A stretch of DNA of 64,000 nt. Source: a bacterium (GTDB lineage Bacteria > UBA8248). Shown piece by piece: positions 58,355-64,000 of this stretch. The stretch is taken from positions 256,001 through 320,000 of the forward strand of contig CBDBEV010000001.1 in assembly GCA_965204535.1 (NCBI GenBank), written 5' to 3'. The notes below the pieces were generated by a model that was not told the DNA's origin, ran no database searches, and worked only from the letters and a program-made list of their open reading frames with translations. Made by a program: the position numbers and the translations under genes. The stretch's first letter is position 1. Every line of letters starts with the position of its first letter.

Positions 58355-60865
58355 GTGATGTGCGACCGATCCGGGAGCGCAAACGGCTCCAAAGCCGCGT
58401 TCACGTCGAACCGGGCCCTGATTTGCGCGATTGTCGTTTGCATGACGTTCGTCCTCACGAACTGCGGCGGCGGGGGCGGAAGGGCCAGAATGCAGCCGCT
58501 GGCCTGTCCGCTCGGGCAGGTCGGGACGCCCCCGAACTGCAGCGTACCGCCGCCACAGCCGCCGGCCTGCCCGCCGGGTCAAGTCGGGACGCCTCCGAAC
58601 TGCACCGCACCGCCGCCTCAGCCGCCGCCACAGCCTAAGCAGGGATGCATCCCGCTTCACGACGGGACTTGCGCCTCAATCGGGGATTTCGATATCGAGG
58701 CGCAGCGGCTCGCCGGGGAATACCGCCTGGAGGGTCCCTTCAGGAACCAGTGGGGTCTGGGGACCATCGGCGCGGATTCGGCCTACGCCCACGTGAACCT
58801 GCTCAAGGGTGAAAACGTCGAGCCCGGCGCCGGGGTGACCATCGGCTTCATTGACTCGGGCATCGATCAGGACCACCCGATGTTCCGGGGCAAGACGGTT
58901 ACCGAAGTGTTCCTGAGCGACGCGGCGGACGAGACGGGTGCTGCAGGGTATTCCCACGGCACGGCCGTCGCGAGCGTCGCCGCCGGCGTTCACGCGCCCT
59001 CCGACTCCACCTCCCCGCAGGGCGTTGCGCCGGGCGCCGACATCGCCATGTTCGCCATTACTCTTGGAAGCGCAGGCGATACGTACGCCCCCATCTCGCT
59101 GACTGACCTGGCGGACGAGGACGCCACGTTCGCGTCGGAAATCAATCAGGCCCTGGCGTGGCGAAACGGCCAAAAGCGCGTCGACATCCTGAACCTGAGC
59201 ATCGGATACGAGGGTCTCATCGACTTCTACAGCGAAGCCGAACTCCGCGCCAACTACGGGCAGGCGATCGCCGCCATGGCGCAGGCGGGAGCCTCCGAGA
59301 AGGCGATACTCGTCTGGGCGGCCGGCAACGCCCACGGATACCCGTGCGACCCGGCCGTCGTGACGAGCAACTGTGTCGCAGTGGAGCCCCCTCCTCAGGA
59401 CGCCTTCACCGGAGGCTCGGTGGATCCCCCTCCTCAAGGTTCTCAAGGCACCATCGACGCCGTATCGGTCGAGCTTCTGGCGGGTCTCGCCGCGCGGGTC
59501 GAGGAACTCAGGGGACATACCGTCGCCGTCGTGGCGCTGGGACCCGGCGATGAGAGGGTCGCCGACTTCTCCAACCGCTGCGGCATCGCGGCGGATTACT
59601 GCCTCGCGGCGCCGGGGCAAAGAGTCAATGCCGCCTATTTCGGGCCCGACCCCGACGACGACACCAGGGCGGCTCGGGGCATCGCCCCGAACCTGAGCGG
59701 CACGTCCTTCGCCGCGCCGTTCGTGGCCGGCGGGCTCGCGATCATGAAACAACTCTTCCGGGATCAGCTCTCGAACACGGAACTGGTCACCCGCCTCTTC
59801 GAGACCGCCGACGATACCGGCGTCTACTCGGACAGAGCCGTCTACGGCCGCGGCAAGCTCGACCTCGCCGCCGCCACGCACCCGGTGGGCGTCCTGGACG
59901 TTCCCCTCGGCACGAACGCGAACCGGGCCGGGAACAGCCTGCACACGACGCGCCTGCGCCTCGGAGCCCCGCTCGGGAACGGACTCGCGCGCGCTGTCGC
60001 GAACCGTGAAATCATGGCCCTGGACGATCTGGGCGCGCCGTTCTGGTACAGGCTGGGCGATTTCGTGGCGACGGCGCAGGGTCCGCCGGTGGACGCGAGA
60101 GTGAGGGGCTTCCTGGCGGATACAGCGGGCGGCTCCTCACGCAGATCGGGGGTAAGGGTTCAGGGTATTTCGACAGAAAACGGCGGCGGCCACCTCTCTC
60201 TGATGGAGGGGGGGATGATGACGACGCTCGAAGGCCGGGCGGGGTTTTCCGCTTCCGTGTTCGGGACGAATCAGGAGCATGACGCGGTGGGCGGGGCGCT
60301 CGGCTGGCGGCCGGAAGGTTCTCCTCTCGGACTTCGCCTCGGCTGGATTGGAGAGGATGAGACCATTCTGGGGGGCGAAGGCCGAGGCGCTTTCGGAGCC
60401 CTGGCGGCGGACACCGCCTTCGTGCGCGTCGAGGGAGACGTGAGGCTCGGCGCGTGGCGTCTCGGGGCGGGCGCGGAATGGGGGCGCGTACGGCCCAGGG
60501 CGCGGGGCGGAATCATCGAGGAGGTCTCGCCGATGACGACCAGCGCGTTCGCCCTGCACGCGCGCGCCGCCGTTACCGATAAGGACACCGTGCGCTTCTC
60601 CCTGGCGCAGCCCCTGCGCGTCGAGGACGGCCGGGCGTCGCTGACGCTTCCGGTGGCGCGAACCAAGCTCGGCAGGGTGCTGCACGCATCGCTCGCCTCG
60701 CCCCTCGCGCCCGATGAGCGCCAGATCGACCTGGCCGCCACCTGGGAGAGGCCGCTGGCGGACGGGCGGCTGCGCCTCGGCGTCGTCTGGAGCCGGAACC
60801 CCGGCCACAGCGGCGCCGCCGGACCGAGGCTCACCTTCCTCGCCGGCTGGCGGCGGGCGTTCTGA
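58355..60865 (+). CDS. S8 subtilase with lipoprotein-like signal, Pro/Cys repeats and putative C-terminal beta-barrel
   Basis: IDSG, HGTAV, AAGN, SGTSFAAP triad motifs; LTNC-GGGGG; terminal aromatic WRRAF. Confidence 0.88.
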   Translation: MMCDRSGSANGSKAAFTSNRALICAIVVCMTFVLTNCGGGGGRARMQPLACPLGQVGTPPNCSVPPPQPPACPPGQVGTPPNCTAPPPQPPPQPKQGCIPLHDGTCASIGDFDIEAQRLAGEYRLEGPFRNQWGLGTIGADSAYAHVNLLKGENVEPGAGVTIGFIDSGIDQDHPMFRGKTVTEVFLSDAADETGAAGYSHGTAVASVAAGVHAPSDSTSPQGVAPGADIAMFAITLGSAGDTYAPISLTDLADEDATFASEINQALAWRNGQKRVDILNLSIGYEGLIDFYSEAELRANYGQAIAAMAQAGASEKAILVWAAGNAHGYPCDPAVVTSNCVAVEPPPQDAFTGGSVDPPPQGSQGTIDAVSVELLAGLAARVEELRGHTVAVVALGPGDERVADFSNRCGIAADYCLAAPGQRVNAAYFGPDPDDDTRAARGIAPNLSGTSFAAPFVAGGLAIMKQLFRDQLSNTELVTRLFETADDTGVYSDRAVYGRGKLDLAAATHPVGVLDVPLGTNANRAGNSLHTTRLRLGAPLGNGLARAVANREIMALDDLGAPFWYRLGDFVATAQGPPVDARVRGFLADTAGGSSRRSGVRVQGISTENGGGHLSLMEGGMMTTLEGRAGFSASVFGTNQEHDAVGGALGWRPEGSPLGLRLGWIGEDETILGGEGRGAFGALAADTAFVRVEGDVRLGAWRLGAGAEWGRVRPRARGGIIEEVSPMTTSAFALHARAAVTDKDTVRFSLAQPLRVEDGRASLTLPVARTKLGRVLHASLASPLAPDERQIDLAATWERPLADGRLRLGVVWSRNPGHSGAAGPRLTFLAGWRRAF

Positions 60866-60984
60866 GCGGTCGACGCGCCGCGCAATGCCCGGTTCCTTGC
60901 AGCCATCTTTGAAAAACCGGACCAGGAAAGGTCGAATGCCCGGCGGCCCGGTACCCCAGGGATCCAGGGAAGGAGACGCGCACC

Positions 60985-61080
60985 ATGAAGTACAAGATCG
61001 TTCTTCACCGTTCCTGGGAAGGTTGCAGCGTGCGGGCGCCGGGTCTGCCGGGTTACCGCTCGCAGGGAGAAACGGAACCC
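60985..61080 (+). pseudogene. HicB-family antitoxin N-terminal fragment
   Basis: MKYKIVLHRSWEGCSVRAPGLPGYRSQGETE, then similarity ends. Confidence 0.65.
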
Positions 61081-61096
61081 GGGGCGTCCTTCGCCA

Positions 61097-61160
61097 CCAT
61101 CCGTCTTCGCCGTTCGCAGCCGGATCGGGGCGAAGGTCGACTCGATGGGGTTCGTCGTAT
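61097..61160 (-). mobile_element. IS256-family transposase fragment
   Basis: TTNPIESTFAPIRLRTAKT motif. Confidence 0.6.
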
Positions 61161-61175
61161 AAAGGAATCCTTTCC

Positions 61176-61758
61176 ATGCTTCGTCATCTTCGTCTGATTG
61201 GCGTCTTTCTTCTCGTACTGGGACTCGCCGGGAGCGCATGGGCGCAGAGTTTCAGCAATGTCGTCGTGTTCGGCGACAGCCTGGACGATTCGGGCAACGC
61301 GGCCGCAGGACCAGGGCTTCCGCTTCCCCCCGGCACCGGCTTCACCACGAACCCGAACCCCGTCTGGGCTGAGATCGTCGCAGAGGCTTATGGCGCATCG
61401 GGCGCGTACTCGCTCGCGGGCGGGACGAACTACGCCTTCGCCGGGGCGTGCATGAACCCGGCCACGTCCTGCGACCAGGATGCCGCACCGACGTTGACGG
61501 AGCAGATCGAAATGCACCTCGCCGCACGCGGCGGCAGCTTCGACCCGAACGCGCTCTATACCATCCGGGGTGGTTTGAACGATATCGTCGATACCGCTCC
61601 GAGTAATCCGTCCACTGCGCTCGGCCACGTTATCGCGGCCGCGGACGTGAACGCCGCGCGAATCAGGCGGCTCCGCGATGCCGGCGCCCGTCACGACGTG
61701 GAGTTCAACATACCAGACACCTCTATGGCGCTTTTCGCCGTCGCCGTCGCCACTGTCG
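61176..61758 (+). pseudogene. Truncated GDSL/SGNH esterase (EstA-like) N-terminus, interrupted by an IS
   Basis: Signal peptide, VFGDSLDDSGN, FTTNP, GTNYAFAGA, GGLND; no block V (DxxH). Confidence 0.8.
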
Positions 61759-63540
61759 GAGACTGTGAAAGTATTCCCACGATTCTGGTGGGTGACGCTG
61801 GCGAGCGATGCCCGGGTTGTCTGTACATGCTATCTTTACCGGTGAGTGAGATAACCACATAAAGGGTCACCACCATGTCCGAGAGACGTTATCAGGAGGT
61901 GCAGTCCCGAAGCCAGATGATGCTGCTTCCGCCGTGTCTGGACGACTACGTGTCCGAGCACAATGCGGTGCGCGCGATCGATGCGTTCGTCGGCACGCTG
62001 GACCTGGAGGCGCTGGGGTTCGCGCATGCCGAAGCGAACTGCGGCGCCGGTCAGCCGGCTTTCGACCCGGCGCTGCTGCTGAAGCTGTATCTGTACGGCT
62101 ACCAGCACCGGGTACGGAGTTCGCGCCGTCTCGAAGCGGAGACGCGGCGCAATCTGGAAGTGATCTGGCTGTGCCAGGGTGCGACGCCGAGCTACAAGAC
62201 GATTGCGGATTTTCGCAAGAACAATGTGGCTGCGCTGCAGGAGGCCAACCGGGAGTTCGTGCTGCTGTGCCGCGAACTCTCGCTGCTGGGCGGCAGCCGG
62301 GTGGCGGTCGACGGGACTTTTTTGAAGGCCGATGCGAACCTGGACAGCTTCCAAACCAAGCGGTCCCTGGCAAGGGACCTGAGGCGTTTGGAGAAGAGGA
62401 TTGCGGCGTATCACCGGCAGTTGGACGAGGCGGATGCGCGCGGGGAGGAGTGTGGGGACGGTTCGGAGGATCCGGACCTGCCGGTGAAGCTCAAGGCCTT
62501 GATCGAGAGGCAACAAAAGAAGAAGGCACTGCAAGAGCATTTGCAGGAAAGCGGAGAGCGTCAGGTATCGGGGGTCGATGCAGATGCTCGACTTCTGAGG
62601 AACGGCGATATAATGGTGGGCGGATACAACTGCCAGATCGCGGTGGACGACAAGCACAAGCTGATTGTCGCGGAGGATGTGGTGCAGGACGGCAATGACT
62701 CCGCTCAGTTGGAGCCGATGATGACGAAAGCCGGCGAAGCCATGGGCAGCGAACGCCTGGTCGGCCTGGCGGATTCGGGCTACTTCAACGGCGCACAGTT
62801 GAAGAGTTGCGAAGACAAGGGAATGGAGGTGTATGTTCCGATACCGAACCAGACGGCCCGCAAGGGCAAGGACGGACGATTCGGCAGCGATGAATTCCGT
62901 TACGATGCGCAGGATGACACGTATGTCTGTCCGGCCGGAGAGCGTCTGGTTCGAGGCGGCACGACCACCGTCAGGGGCAGGCTGTATTACTTTTATCGCG
63001 GGACGGCGGCGGTTTGCCGGGACTGTTCGTTGTCGGGCCGATGCCTGACAAAGTCGAGATCGACGCGCAGGATACAACGCTGGGAGCATGAGGACGTGGT
63101 GGACCGGCATCGCAAGAAGATGAACGCCCGTGTGCCATTGATGCGCGGGCGAAGCACACTCGTCGAACATCCATTCGGTACGATCAAGCGCTGGGCGGGG
63201 ATGGATCATTTTGTGATGCGCGGACTCGGCAAATGCCGCGGCGAATTCAGCCTGATGACGCTGGGTTACAACTTCAAGCGGGTCATGCGTGTGCTGGGCG
63301 GAGCTGCATTTGTGGAGCATTGTCTGCAAAAACAGCGGTTGGGGACGAATGGCGTGTGAACTTGAAGCCGATTCTTCGAGGACTTGACCGCGACCCCGAG
63401 CTGACCGGCCGCCGAGACGTTTCTCTCCCGGCTCTGCGGTGTTGTTGCTCCCGAAGTTGAAGACAGTGTCCGGCCATCGGGCTGCAAGCGTAAGCGAGCC
63501 CTGTTCCGGAGACTGTGAAATCCAATACTCTCACAGTCTC
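61759..63540 (+). mobile_element. Complete IS1182-family insertion sequence (1782 bp)
   Basis: IRs GAGACTGTGAAAGTATT / AATACTCTCACAGTCTC (16/17 match); 8-bp direct repeat CACTGTCG at 61751-61758 and 63541-63548. Confidence 0.92.
61875..63359 (+). CDS. IS1182-family transposase
   Basis: LLKLYLYGY, SSRRLE, KTIADFR, VDGT, GYNCQ, LADSGY, VEHPFGTIK. Confidence 0.94.
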   Translation: MSERRYQEVQSRSQMMLLPPCLDDYVSEHNAVRAIDAFVGTLDLEALGFAHAEANCGAGQPAFDPALLLKLYLYGYQHRVRSSRRLEAETRRNLEVIWLCQGATPSYKTIADFRKNNVAALQEANREFVLLCRELSLLGGSRVAVDGTFLKADANLDSFQTKRSLARDLRRLEKRIAAYHRQLDEADARGEECGDGSEDPDLPVKLKALIERQQKKKALQEHLQESGERQVSGVDADARLLRNGDIMVGGYNCQIAVDDKHKLIVAEDVVQDGNDSAQLEPMMTKAGEAMGSERLVGLADSGYFNGAQLKSCEDKGMEVYVPIPNQTARKGKDGRFGSDEFRYDAQDDTYVCPAGERLVRGGTTTVRGRLYYFYRGTAAVCRDCSLSGRCLTKSRSTRRIQRWEHEDVVDRHRKKMNARVPLMRGRSTLVEHPFGTIKRWAGMDHFVMRGLGKCRGEFSLMTLGYNFKRVMRVLGGAAFVEHCLQKQRLGTNGV

Positions 63541-64000
63541 CACTGTCGGCGAAGCGGCCCGGGCGACGGACGGGGGAAAACGGTCGTATTACGAGATCGC
63601 GGCCGACGGCGAAACGCGGGAGCGCGGCGGCGCCGGCCGAATCGAGTTCGACGCGGCGATACCGGTCCAGCCCGGGAGCCGGCGCGGCAGCGCACTGTTC
63701 CTCCAGCCCGGTGCGGTGCTCTCGCAAGGGCCGGACGGGCGCGCCCTCCACGGCGCCTCGCTCGGGATCGTATTCCGGTTCGAGGCCGGCGACGGCATCG
63801 TCGGGCTGAACGCGTTCCACGACCTGAACCGGATCTCCGGCTCCGGCCGCGACAGGACGCACCGGCAGGCGAGTCTCGGCGCGGACTACCAGATCGGAAG
63901 AAGCCGGATCGGGGCCAACTACTACATTCCCCTTACCGGACGGCGCGGGTGGGAGTCCGGCCAGGCGCGGCTGACCGAATACGCCGTGGGCGGCCCCGAA
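63541..64000 (+). pseudogene. Inverse autotransporter (invasin/intimin-type) beta-domain, IS-disconnected, runs off window
   Basis: Open frame: GASLGIVFRF...IVGLNAFHD...HRQASLGADY...GANYYIPLT. Confidence 0.65.

Noticed and set aside
61836-63329. 497-aa minus-strand ORF inside the IS
   Set aside because: Antisense shadow of the transposase

Overview
GC-rich bacterial chromosome segment. The left half (1-33.8 kb) is mostly housekeeping and transport: leuCD, trpFBA, a Liv-type ABC system with three tandem paralogous binding proteins, moaDE, recJ, dacB, a peptide ABC system, an Fe-S oxidoreductase, acyl-CoA dehydrogenase and lpdA. It is followed by a small toxin-antitoxin/low-GC patch (34-37.4 kb), class II ribonucleotide reductase nrdJ with NrdR and DnaA boxes, tRNA-Ala(CGC), and a lower-GC minus-strand cluster (RND pump, ADH, queF, molybdoenzyme subunit). 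The right end is accessory: tyrosine integrase, DddK/DddW-like cupin, subtilase, gene fragments and a complete IS1182-family element. Best leads: (1) two genes split by in-frame UGA in redox motifs (UxxC peroxiredoxin-like; CxxU AhpD-like) that share a CTCG(G)TCGAG hairpin 15-16 nt downstream, i.e. likely selenoproteins with a common SECIS; (2) an FGE/CLec-fold gene whose 3' end looks like a remote DGR variable region; (3) two tandem copies of a covarying structured-RNA-like unit between nrdJ and tRNA-Ala; (4) a DMSP-lyase-like cupin beside an integrase; (5) an IS-interrupted GDSL/inverse-autotransporter chimera; (6) an unannotated 55-aa acidic ORF with its own terminator. All family calls come from motif recognition by eye; no searches were run and taxonomy is not assigned.
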